From contig MU061804.1 of the NCBI GenBank assembly GCA_013265495.1, positions 3,835,368-3,899,367 on the forward strand: a stretch of DNA of 64,000 nucleotides, in the 5' to 3' direction. The notes below the pieces were generated by a model, which saw only the letters and a list, made by a program, of their open reading frames with translations, was not told the DNA's origin and made no database searches. The number at the start of each line of letters is the position of its first letter. Position 1 is the first letter of the stretch. Source of the DNA: Vicugna vicugna (Eukaryota). Position numbers and translations under genes: made by a program. This document shows positions 1 to 11,450 of this stretch, in pieces.

Positions 1-1561
1 GCCCAGTAACTGGACAGATCCTTCCCCCATCCCCCCCAGTTCTGAAATAATGTGAAGTTTGTCTTTTTAGTAATCATAACCCTGCCAGGTATCTATTAAT
101 CTCCGACCACGTGTCCTGTGCTCTGCTAGGGAAAGTCAGCAGAGCTTCCCACCTTGTTTCATGGAGTGGCACACGTGTCAAGTGGCCGGACGGCTCACCG
201 TGACACACAACGAGGGCCCCTGCAGCCAGAGGTCCCAGTCTGTAAGGCAGCCCCAGGGGCCGCCTGGGGACAGCTGGTAAGCCATCGCTGCACAGGGACA
301 GTCCCCAGGTTCCCCATGCTATCCTAGTCATCCAGGGCTAAGCCATTTCACCAGGGATGCGTGACATTCAAAACAATGTCAAAAAAGCTGAAAAGCTAGC
401 AGGGTGCGTGAGCAAGGGCTGCCCTCTGGGTAGACTGGAGGGTCACAGTAATGCAGGAAGGGGGCGACAGGTGTCCTGCAGGGGCCTGGGGGGCTTCCCA
501 GAGGAGAGGCACTACTGAGAAATAGCCAACTGGGATTTCACGAAATCAAAGCAGGAGGCAGAGAGCACGGAGGACTGAGCCCTGTAGAGAATCAGAGCCC
601 TGGACTCTAGTTCTGACGCCGTGTCTGAATCACTCCTCGGCAAGTGGGTTCCGTCGGCCCCTGCTGCCCCTCTCCCTCTAAATGGTGCCTGTGGGACCTG
701 CCCAGGGACCTGCCAGGTGCCAGGAGGTTCAGACGAGAGGCTGAGAGTCAGACGCTCATCGGGACCGAGGGGCCAGGCTAACGTCAGGGATGCTCAGCTG
801 CCGTGCATCAGGGCAGCCACTGTGAGCTTCGTGACCAGAGACCGCGTTTCCCTGGCTGGGTCATGAATGGTGGCAAATGCTCGGAACAGAGGGACCTCCA
901 AGCAGGTAGACCGAGGAAGCACTTTTAACTTGGACACAAGTTAGAATTTTATTTTCCTAGAAGTCTTTGATTCCATTCCTCTCTTCTCTGGCTTGAGACT
1001 GCAATAAAACACAAGATTACCTGGAAGAAATACCAGACTGGCTGTAAGTGGAGTGAGAGCCAGAGAGGGTGATTCAGAGCCAAGACTGAGAGGCGGTGCC
1101 TGAGAAAGAGGCGTCTGCTGGCCTTGCAGACGGGCTCCCCAGCCGTCTGCACCCCCCTCGCCTCCCCCTGCCTCCCCCCTCCCCTCAGCCTCCTGCTCAG
1201 CCTCAGGGATGGAGGATGGCGCCTCCCCCGAGGATGCTGTGCTCCACACAGCAGAACCCTGCTCACTGCTCTTCCCAGGTGTCCATCGAGGGCAACGGAG
1301 CTGAGCAACAAGCAAGCATCTTTCTGGGGACCCGTAAAAGGGCTCCATGCCTGATCTGTATTGAGAACAGCTTGCCCCTGCCAGCGAGTAAAGCTCTCAC
1401 CTCAGGGGGCAGGTTTGGACATCCTGAGAACCTACAGAAGCCATTGGAAGTCTCCGTTGGAAGGAGATTGGGGCAAGTGACAAGGAGGCGTGTGGGCATC
1501 CCAGGGGAGAGGAGGAGGGACTGGCAGGCACTTAGTAACTGTTAGATGCCCAACCTTCCTG

Positions 1562-1670
1562 CTCTTCACATTTGCTCACACCTTTGAAGGTCAGCAGCAG
1601 CATCTCCATTTCACAGATGGGGATGCTGAGGCTCAGAGAGGTCCATGAGCTTGCCTGGCCACCACAACTG
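1562..1670 (-). mobile_element. MIR SINE fragment
   Basis: ccatttcacagatggggatgctgaggctcagagagg resembles the reverse complement of the MIR core. Confidence 0.8.
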
Positions 1671-2399
1671 TCGTCGGCACAGCTTTGCCTGCATCCAAAG
1701 CCCGTGTTCTTTCTGCTTCCCTGGGAGGAGACAGACAAAGACCCAGAGCTCACAGCCATCCCCGTGCTGATTTTGGTTCCCTGAGGTGACACCCGGACAT
1801 GCAGGACAGGGCTCAGGGTGTCACCCCCAGACGCAGAAGCGGTGGTCTTCAACCAGACCCAGAGTCACACGAGGGTGCTGAACCTTCATTGGCAAGGGAA
1901 GCTCAGAATGCAAAGATAGGTTCTGGGGAGAATTTTCATGAAAATTGTGAAAAGATTGATACAAATAAGACCCGAGGGCCAACGGGGAATAACGTGGGGA
2001 TGCTGGCTGGGGAGAAATGGACCCGCTGCCGGTACACAGCCAGTGAGGGTTTCACGGGTCCTGTGAGCAGGGTGGATGGTCCATGGTGTCCGGCGGGCGT
2101 GAGCCATGGGCTGCAAAACGCCAACTCAGGACAAGGGGATGGTGGCGGCTCCATCCTGGGAGGCCTGTGAAATCAAATAGTCCAGTTCCAGGGAACTGAG
2201 CTGGAGGCAGAGTATAGAAAAAAAAAGACTTCTCAAGCCTCAAGCCTGGGATGGTGGAATTCTGAGAAGTACATTCAAGAACAGACGGGGCCAGGGATGG
2301 GGGCAGGGATGATGGATTTGGCTGCCGGGTTGGAATGGAATGAAGTTGCTATGTGTTCTAATGACATCAGGTGCCCAGACAGGACAGCAGCAAACGGAG

Positions 2400-3010
2400 A
2401 GGCATATTTATGTAAACAAAAGAAATATAAAGGGGAGGGAGAGAGCAAACTAAATATAAACTCTCAGTTCAAAGCCACAGAGAGAAGAGCCAGCACCATT
2501 TTCAGAGGGGGGTGTATGAGCCCGTGCGGGCGCTATTTATAGACCGAAGGTGGTGTGCAAACTTGGGCCGGCGCCACGGCTCTGGACGGCGGATGGCGTG
2601 CTGTCCGACTCGAGCTGAAGCGCCCTATTGTTTCCTTGTCCCCGCAGGGAGGACAGCGAGAGAGAAAGAAGGCGCAGAGACAGTCTTCCCACCCCCCGCG
2701 CCTGTCTGCGCGCACCCCATCCTCACACGTCGGCCTCGTTCTTCAGGCCCATCACTCCCTACGTCCTGCGCAGTGTTCGGGGCTCAGCCAGACCGTCTTC
2801 TGCGCGAGGACACCCTCGGGACCCCGATGCTGGGTGCGCGGTGCCCGGCCCACGTCCCCTGCCGCTCCCCTTCACCGTTTAACACCACGGGCACGTGCAC
2901 GCAGCACGCGTTTCCCTCTGGCCGTTTTCCTGCCTCTCTGGCTGTGCTGTGGGCCCGCCAAAGGCAAGGCTGGACTTAACCGGTGAGCTAAGCGCATAGC
3001 AGGTGCTCCA
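2400..3010. promoter_or_regulatory. CpG-rich putative enhancer/promoter with MEF2, FOX and TATA-like motifs
   Basis: GTAAACA 2412-2418; CTAAATATAA 2450-2459; CTATTTATAG 2533-2542; dense CpGs 2520-3010. Confidence 0.5.
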
Positions 3011-4489
3011 GTTTGATCCGGTCACTCACTTAATCGCTGACTCCAAGGACGTGTGAACCTGAGCTGGAGCAGAAAAGGGGCTTGTCAGACACGGGCAGAC
3101 GACGCCCCGCTGGAGGTCTTGCTCAGAGGCAGGGGGTGGCCGCAGTAACCTGAAATCCTGCCCTGCTCCCTCGGGACTTCTGCCCGTCTTTCAGGGAAGG
3201 TCTCACTGACGGCTGCATTATGAAATCTGTGGTTCTCTGCTTCCGTGTGATTCCAAACAGGACGTCCTTTCTGGGCTATGCCTGGAGCACGGAGCAGTGT
3301 GTTTGCTCCTGCGAGAATTACTGACAGCAACGAAGTCCCTGCGCTTTGGGGTCTGTCTTTGTGTGTTTCCCAGAAGAGGGCAGCATGTCCCTGGGGTTTC
3401 TCTCGTCAGGTGGCACAGCCCTGGAATAGTAGGTTCAGTGGTGGTGGAGAAATGTCTCTGGTCCCTCCTTCGGATTCACAGAGACAGTGGGGACAGGGAT
3501 GGGAGAAGGTGTGTGTGTGTGCTCACAGGAGAACGAGAGTTTTAGAATGTCACTTGCCCGCAGTGGCCCGAGGACACATCTCATCAGAAGGCATCGGAGA
3601 GCGCGGTCCTCGGTGTTTGGGAACATCTGAGAGCTTTTGTGCCCTGAAGGCTGAGAGGTGCCAGGACATTACAGGGTGGGGCAGAAAGGGCAGTGTGGGC
3701 GGAACGCTCCGCCCTGCCCGTCCGCAGCTGTCTGGTGCTCTGGAGGCAGACCCTCAGAGGGCAGTGACTCAGTCGCTCAGCGAGTCAGAGCTAGGACGAG
3801 CACTGGGCGGGGTCTACTAGCATGCCACCATTGCTCCCCCACCACTCAGGACAGCCAAGGTCAAAGGAAGTGTCAGAACTTCATTGTCACCAACACCCAA
3901 TCCCACAAGAGCTGCTGATTCTTGCCAATCAGAAAGCTTGTGGGGCCTCGGGCCATTGACTTGTCTTCATGTCTCAGTTAAACAACCAGGAGGGCAGATG
4001 GGGGAGGCCTCACGGGTGTGGAAATCGATGCTTGGGGACAGTTGTCTGACACCCTGGGTCAGGTGGTGGATGTGTCAGGGAGCAGAGAGGACAGCAGGCA
4101 AGCTGGGGTCACTGGCACCCTCTTCCTCAACTTCATTTTTTTTTTTAACTTTTCTGAATGTCATCGTCTGCAGGTGGCATGTTTACTGGAAACCAAAGAG
4201 CAGGCGGATATAAGGGCCTTCCAAGTTTGGGCCCTGCTGTGCTTACCCAGAGAATCCGAAGTTGGTGGAGGGAGAGACATCAGACGGGTGAGGGTGCGGG
4301 GTGGGTGGGTAGGTGGCATTGTCCCGTGTGACTGAATGACCCCACTCAGTGACACCCCCCCAAACCGACCCTGGTTCCCTAACCCTGCTCTTGCTCCCAG
4401 GGTGGCGGGAACTGATTTCAGGAAGCCTTGCATTCGGTGTTGGGTGCGACATTCTCTCTTGGTGAAGCCCTGACCGCGGCTTGGCACTA

Positions 4490-5310
4490 GGCCAGGCGCA
4501 CTGTGCAACAGCCTCACGGCACGCGTGTGCCCGGCAGGCGGACGGCGACGTGCCCCCTTCCCTCCCGTCCTCGACACCCTCCGTGTGCGCTGGGAAAGTG
4601 GCGCAGTCACTTCCAAGCATCAGAGGCTCACCTGCGCTCCCTCCCGGACTGCGTCCTGCTGCACGCGCGCGTGCCTTCCCCCGCTCTTCCGATCAAGTTC
4701 GTCCGCATTTCCTGGTCTTTGTGGTTTGTCAGCCCCTTAACAACGCTTTTGCTTAGCTGGCGTGTGTGTGAGGCACGCTGGAACAGGTCCCTGAACGCGG
4801 CTCTGTTGCGAACTGCTGTCATCACAACTTAGATCAAAAACAGCTCCTGCCCCCGGGACACGGCTGTGTTTTGAAAGCATTTCTGTCCTACGTTGCTCGG
4901 GCAGATATTTGGGAGGGAGCTTCTTCCATGTCTGCTCGGTTTTTGGAGAGGGATTTTAGCGATGCCTCCGTCCATCCGATCCTCAGCCCCTCGGCTGCGT
5001 GGCTGCGGGAGGAGTTCTCACTCTGCAGGCGCAGGTCCCAGCCCCACTGCTAAGCTGCCGGGCCACCTCGTACAAGTCGCTGCTGGGTTTGGGGGGTTTT
5101 TTTTGACAGCTAATTGCACCAGTTTCGTATTTTATCTCTGGAAAGAGAAAATGAATGTTTTCTGCCAGTCGGCTGAGAAAAGTCATCCCGAGTACAGACT
5201 GAGCAGGACCAGAGAGTTAAGGAAGCGCGCGCCCACGGCGGGCAGCGGGGCGGCCGAGGAGCACTGCCACGTTGGATGCACATCGGTCCGTGTTTACCTC
5301 TTCATCCGAG
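4490..5310. promoter_or_regulatory. CpG-rich putative enhancer
   Basis: CpG-dense; ATTTCCTG (ETS) 4707-4714 next to TGTGGTT (RUNX) 4720-4726; 14-bp palindrome 4661-4674. Confidence 0.4.
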
Positions 5311-5949
5311 AAAGGGCTGAAGTGTTGGAAAGCATTTAAAATTGGCAAAGACGGGAAATGAGCTAACAGCCGAGGGCCTCCTGGACAGGACAGCCCACTG
5401 CCGGCCCTTGTGAGGACAGCTGCTCGGACAGCCGTGCCGTCCAGAACATGCTCTGGACATCAGCCTGGCAGCAGGGGCCCTGGCTGTCCTGACACCCAGT
5501 AAGGACTCTGTAAATATTTGGGAAGTGAGTGGACAAGTGACTGTCCCTGGTTTGGGCTGGTGCCACTTACAGGGCATCCAGAGTGCAGGAGAGGGAGGGG
5601 CTTGGGCACCAGGGATGTGGCAGGTGCTGGTCCGTGGCGAGGTGACACTTCTTGAGAGCCCAGTCATTTGGAAAGCCCCGTGCTTACACCTGGCAGTGAC
5701 ACCCCAGCCCACGACGGCGTGCCAGCTCCAGCAGTACAGAGAGACACATGGACCCAAAGGGGCAACCGGACAGATGCAAGGGGCGTGGCTTCTGCAGCCT
5801 GGTGCTGAGCAAGACCCAAGATCCACATTCAGGACAGTCCGTAAATCAAGAGCCACGACAAGTCCTGCCTCTGCCTCTTTCTCCTCCATTGGACCCTCTT
5901 GGGCTGCCCTTTTACATCTTCATTTCCCTTGAAGTAGGTCTGGGTTCAT

Positions 5950-6100
5950 TGTTTTAAAATTAAACTACAGCAAAATTAACTTTTGCAGGGATACAGAGCT
6001 CTATGAGCTGTAACATGTAGCGAGAATCATGCACCCACCGCTATCCTCAGAATGCAGGACAGGACAGTTCCATGACCCCAAAGACCTCAGATGGACACAC
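5950..6100 (-). mobile_element. Old L1M (L1MB/MC-like) 3' end fragment
   Basis: aaaattaacttttgcagggatacagagctctatgagc...aggacagttccatgaccccaaag resembles the antisense L1M 3' end. Confidence 0.6.
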
Positions 6101-6779
6101 GGATGCTCACAGAGGAGTGCTGGTGTGCCGCTGGGCCATTTTAGGGTCATGTCATTTCTCTACATCGGGGTCCTTACATTAGGTACGAGTGATGCCATAT
6201 TTAATTTCATATCTCTCTTGATTTGCAAGACCATGTATAGGGGAGGGGTTCAGCTCATGCTGGCCACACGACGGTGTGGACACCTCACCTTCCTGCTGAC
6301 TTAAGGAGAAGTGAAGGGAACGGAAGGATGGCGGCTCCGTGACTGCACGACAAAGGACACATTCAGATGTTTCCTCTCCTCTCACAGAAGGTCCTCAGTT
6401 AAGAGGATGCTCTAGAGGTAAAGAGATCAAGTCTCCTGAGAAACTTCAAGAAACTGCAAGAAAAGTGAGGACGAGGAGAGAGAAGTTTTCAGATTAGTTG
6501 GATTCTGGAAATTCCAGTTCCTCCCACTTTCTTATCCAGGGACCCCAAGTTGCCAGGTGAAGGCAAGAAGTGGGAGGAGAGTGAGGCAGAAAACGGGGTG
6601 AGAATGTAACTAAGGGAAGGAGAATTACTGGCGTGTTCCTGGCATTCAGCACGGAATAGAAGCCACGCTGAGTCACCTAAGGGTTTAGGTATGAGGGCCT
6701 CTGAGCATCCACAGCGGCAGCAGATAGCTTGCTTTTGGGGACTGGAAGCATTTCTGGACGTCATCTGGCCCAAATGCCT

Positions 6780-6865
6780 GATTTTAAACATTAGGAAGTT
6801 GAGACTCCAAGAGGGAAAGTGACTTTACCCTAGAGTTACCGAGCTAGTTAGTAGCTGAAGTGGCT
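6780..6865 (-). mobile_element. MIR fragment
   Basis: aggaagttgagactccaagagggaaagtgactttaccctagagttaccgagctagttagtag, similar to antisense MIR core. Confidence 0.65.
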
Positions 6866-7077
6866 GTCACACGCAGGACTGGGACGCCCAGAAGGGTTCC
6901 TTCATCTCTACTTCCTACTGATGAAGACTGAGACCCAGAGTAGGGAGGGGATCGGAGAATCACAGAAGCATTGTGATCTCTGGACACCGACGGAGAAAGG
7001 AGAAAGTTGGTAAACATAGCTATTCCTCATCTAAAATTGTGAAGTTCAAATCACTTACCTATTGGTACTTACGGCTA

Positions 7078-7325
7078 GCATAATGGTCATCACCAACGTT
7101 GGCTGAGTGCTTACACACCGGGCGCCATGCTACACGCTCAGCTGAGTTAATCCCTTCAACTGCGCTAGGAAAGAGGTGCCAGGATTTCTCCTAGTTTATA
7201 GTTGTGAAAACTATGGCACAGGGAGGTTAAGGAAGCTGCTTAACGCTGCACAGTCAATAAATGGCAGGCATGGAATTAAATCCAGGTGATCTAATTTCAG
7301 AGCCAGCCACTTAGCCAGGTGCTAA
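7078..7325 (-). mobile_element. Near full-length MIR
   Basis: ggctgagtgcttac...gaaaactatggcacagggaggttaagg...ggaattaaatccagg follows the antisense MIR consensus along its length. Confidence 0.85.
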
Positions 7326-8354
7326 AATGTTTCAATGTGGACCGAATACCAATTAGGGGCTCCTGTCTAATTCCTCACACAAAGAATTCCCCAACTGCTG
7401 GGACCAGATTTATTGCCACCTGCAGCCGCCTGGTACCCGCGCACCAGAATGCCTGAGCATCCGGTCTTGGAGGGAGTCGGCAGAACAGAAAGCTCGGGTG
7501 CTGCCTTTGAAACGAAAACTTCTGGTGGTTCTAGAAACCGCTCGTGCTGGAAAGAAAGCTGACCACTGACCCCAGTCACAAGTGTTTCCTTCTCCCACTT
7601 ACTCTGCTGCCCGTGGCAACACGCCAGGGCCTCTAACACGCACTCGTTCTCAGTTCTTTTATAGCTCCGTTCTGCCAGCGTTAGCCTTCGGGGTATTACC
7701 CAGTGCCCATAAAGCATATGACATTAATTTCTGCTGCCTTGCTTGGCGTTTATATTTGAGAAGCAACTCTGTGATAAGGCAGAGAGGTTGTCTGGAAAAA
7801 TGTTGAATTAATATCCAGATGAGAGATGGGTACCGGTTTCTTTTGATTACCGAGGATGTATACCTGTTCGATTGTCTGATTGTAACTGGCTGCGGTCAGG
7901 TGGGACAGAAGCTAATTGCCTCTCTAGGAACGAGAGGATGGCCCGTCAGAAGGCTTTCTTCAAAGAGGAGAGACTTGGAGGGTTTTCCCCTTGCCTCCCA
8001 TGCCCATGTCCCTACTGAGCTCTGATCAAAATGGAAAGGTAGGTTCCTTCACAGAGTTATGGGAAGTGGGAAAGGGGTGGTCCAGGGGAGGAGCCAGTCA
8101 CAGCATCCCTCACATCAATGTTTGCCGTGTATCGTGCGGTGCTTGCCGCAGCCACCAGCCTGATTTCATTTTGCAGAGATCAGTGTTGTCAGTGTGTCCT
8201 TGTGAACTCATGCTGACTGATAGGGAGGGCGTGGGCTAGTGTGGAGGTGGGCCGGGCAGCGGCACATACGCTGGGACAGTCTTCCCAGAGAGCTGACGTC
8301 CCTGTGATGCTTTCCATTTCTGTTGTTTCCTTACATTTCAAAGTCTTTTTACAT

Positions 8355-8495
8355 GTGCTCTTTATGCATCTATTCACCAAACATTTGTTGAAAGCCTGCT
8401 GTGTGTGTATCAGGTCTAGAATGCATCCCAGCGCACACACTTGGTACAGTAGTAGTAAAAACAAAAGAAATTTACCTGCATGAACTTACACAGAG
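8355..8495 (-). mobile_element. L2 3' end
   Basis: ctattcaccaaacatttgttgaaagcctgctgtgtg...catgaacttacac, the antisense L2 terminus pattern. Confidence 0.7.
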
Positions 8496-8554
8496 GGGAG
8501 GTTATCTCAAAGGCTTCTCGTGATGATCTGTCAGGGAGGTTAGACCAAGAGCCA

Positions 8555-8705
8555 TTAGTCTCGTTTATGGTTAAGTTAAAGAAACCAAGGCTCAGAGAAG
8601 TTAAACGCCCTACCTGGGGGTGCACAGCTAGATGGTGGCAGAGCCCTGGGGAGCCCAGACCACCTGAATCCTTGTCTGTTACTCTTCCTACTGTAATGTT
8701 CTGCC
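8555..8705 (-). mobile_element. MIR fragment
   Basis: aagaaaccaaggctcagagaagttaaacg...cacagctagatggtggcagagcc. Confidence 0.8.
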
Positions 8706-8718
8706 TCGACCTAGGCGA

Positions 8719-8736
8719 TGACCTTGACCTTGACCT
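8719..8736 (-). promoter_or_regulatory. Triple tandem nuclear-receptor half-site (TGACCT)x3, DR0
   Basis: tgaccttgaccttgacct; contains TCAAGGTCA twice on the minus strand. Confidence 0.45.
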
Positions 8737-11324
8737 AGACTGGCTAGAACTTCATGAAATCATTTTAGTCATCGCCCTCCATTTCCTGTCCACCATTCAA
8801 GCCTCCTAGTGGAACCACATATCAAAGAAAGCAAACTTCGCATGTTCCCATGGCACCCATCCACTCCAATGACTCATGGCGCTCGCTTGCTTGAAGTTCT
8901 GTTGGGTATTTAACTTAAATTCTTCGTGCTACAAGCCCAGCTGCCTCCGTTCTCCATGGAAGTGAAATGAGACGTCTCTTATGGACCTGAGGACAGTGCC
9001 CCCAGATCCCTCCTCCCTGGAACCACTGACAGACGTCCACGTGCAGGCCTGGGGTGCTTTGTCTCAGTTGACATGCAGGATGTTTTCGGGGATTAGTCAT
9101 TTTCATCCTGGTTTTAGTTCTTCTCGGATAGCTAAAAAGACTGCTTCACTTCTCAGACCGAAATTTAGTGGCTAAAACAAGACTTAAGAAGTCTCTCTGG
9201 GGGCAGTTGGTAAGTTCATGGGGGAGGTGTCACGATTTGTCGTTAGAACGAGGCTTTGGCCTCAGTCCAGTAACACAGCCTTTTAAAAATGAAAATGGAA
9301 TAAGAAATGTTCAGAGCAGTTTTATCCTAACAGAGCATGAGATCTCCAGTGAAAACCAGAGTCAGCCCCACTCTGCTGTTCACTGGCTGTCTTAGGCTGG
9401 TCGTTTAAAACTCTCTGTGCATTTATCAAATTCATCCATTAAAAGGCAAAACAGATGCCTTGAAGTGTTTTTATGCAAGAATATTTATAAAAGGGATTAC
9501 TCAACTACAGAGAGCAATATAAACATTAGAGACTGACATGACAGTCACTGTTGCTCCCTGTGGGGGAGAAGAGGGCCTCGCCGTGAGCTCATGGATTACT
9601 TCATCACCGGCTGCCTGCAGACTTCATTTCTGCCTTCCACCTCCGGAGTTCTGGAATGGCTTGCCTGTGGTCCCTCCTCCTCCCGCCCTCATGTGCCAGT
9701 GACACCTGGCCCATCTCTCCTGCAGGAAGGTATGGAAGCTCGAGCACGTATCTCCATGACAACAGATTGTTTTCTCATTCCTGGATCCCTCATACTGGGA
9801 ACAGTCTCTTGCTTACAGCAGGCACCCAAAAACTATGCATGGAAAGGATGAATATATCAGCTAGCCTCAAGGCCTCTGGGAGAAAGCAATCAGGAAGAAT
9901 TTTGTGTAAAGAACATGCAGCCATTGAGCCTTTGAATGAGGGAGAAGTCTTGACACTAATGCTACAGAAGACAATGAAGGCCCCCCCCCCCACCGGCAGG
10001 CAGGCATAGGACGCTGGCTCCCAGGCAGACGACCTGTGACGCCTGCTAATCCCAAAGTCAGCTCCACTTCCCGCTCTGTCCCAGGGCCGTCCTGCAAGCT
10101 GAACGTCCGTGGTCTTGCAGATTCCCGCGAGCACGAGCTGCAGGGGCTGTTGCCCTCCAACCTGACCTCCCCTTGGCTTGTAAGGCACGAAAGCTGAGGT
10201 TGAGAGAGTCCCCCAGAAGCAGAGACTGGAATGCAGGCCACCAGATTTTTAGTGAAAGGTCCCTTTTCCTTCCAGAGGAAACACGCCATCATTTGAAAAC
10301 TAAATGCCTTTTGTTTGCTTGCTATTTGGCCTCATGTTGCCTTGTTCAAGTGGGCACAGAAAGTATGTTTCTTCCAAAAGCTGGTGGTGGTCTTGTTTAC
10401 GGGGGAATGCTTGATCGCATGGAGATTTTACCAAGAAGCCACTGGGTCTCCTAACCATACCTTGGTGTGAAATAGTACCAAGGCGCTCTCCCCTTCCAGA
10501 CCGTGTGTGTTTTCCTTTCCCTCCTGAAATTGTCAAGCTGACATAATTAACTAAGCTGTTAGCTAAATAAATCACTGGATCCTAGCGAGAATTTTCCCTG
10601 AGACATCATTGCCCCGTACCACACTGCATGAAGGACTGTCAGCACCACGTGATGGATGTGTGGCAGAGGGTTCTGTCTGGAAGACAGCTCTCCCTTCCTC
10701 CCTGAGCTGCAAATGCAGCTGGCAGGCTACAGAACAGCTGTCGTGGAGTGTATGTGAGAACTCCACCAATTCCTCGGAGTGTTTCGATCACACAGGGTTC
10801 ACGGAGCCTGAAGGCACACAGAATACAGGTTGATAGCCCAGAGATGGACTCATGTCATGGTGGACCTCAGGACACATCCTTTTTGTAGAGAACTGTGCTC
10901 TGACACAGGGGACGCACTTCTTAACCTCCAGAAGCCTTTCGCATCCATCTCTTCAGAGCCTAGGTAGATGAGCACGCTGCGATTGCTTTATTTTCATTTT
11001 TAGGAACATTCATTTGTTAGCTCCTTAAGATGGGTCCCCTCCATAGTTCGGTCTGTGTGGCTCCCGGCAGGGCCGTCTGGTGAACCCCTGACAGTGCTCG
11101 TCTTTGGCTGTCTGTCCCAGCTTCTTGGCATTCCTGCAGAATGACGCTTCACCAAAAGATCAAGGCTGTTTGGAAGAGGCTCACTCGCTGATGGAACCTT
11201 ATTTGAGTTTCAACAGATAAAGACAGAGCGGCTGAAGCATCACACCTGGGGTGGTCGCGCTGTGAGGGCGGCGGCGTGCTGAGGCGCTCCCGCCCCCGCC
11301 ATCACGGGGATGGAACGCAGTGCC

Positions 11325-11450
11325 CGCTCTCGGTTTAATTAGAAGCATGGCTAACGGCCAGAAAGTTGGAAGAGAGATTATAGATTCACTAATTAGGGTC
11401 ATGTTTACACCTCTTTTGTCAACTGTAACCATTTGTTTGACCCGAGGTCT
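11325..11450. promoter_or_regulatory. Putative developmental enhancer (homeodomain/FOX/T-box motifs)
   Basis: TTTAATTAG 11334-11342; CTAATTAG 11389-11396; TGTTTAC 11402-11408 overlapping TTTACACCT 11404-11412; TGTTTGAC near 11434. Confidence 0.4.

Noticed and set aside
2648-2882. Good plus-strand acceptor followed by EDSERERRRRDS... frame
   Set aside because: Weak branch point, unrecognised peptide and no upstream exon chain; more likely part of the CpG-rich regulatory element
10616-10635. tcagcaccacg, left half of an RE1/NRSE
   Set aside because: Right half (GGACAG) is missing
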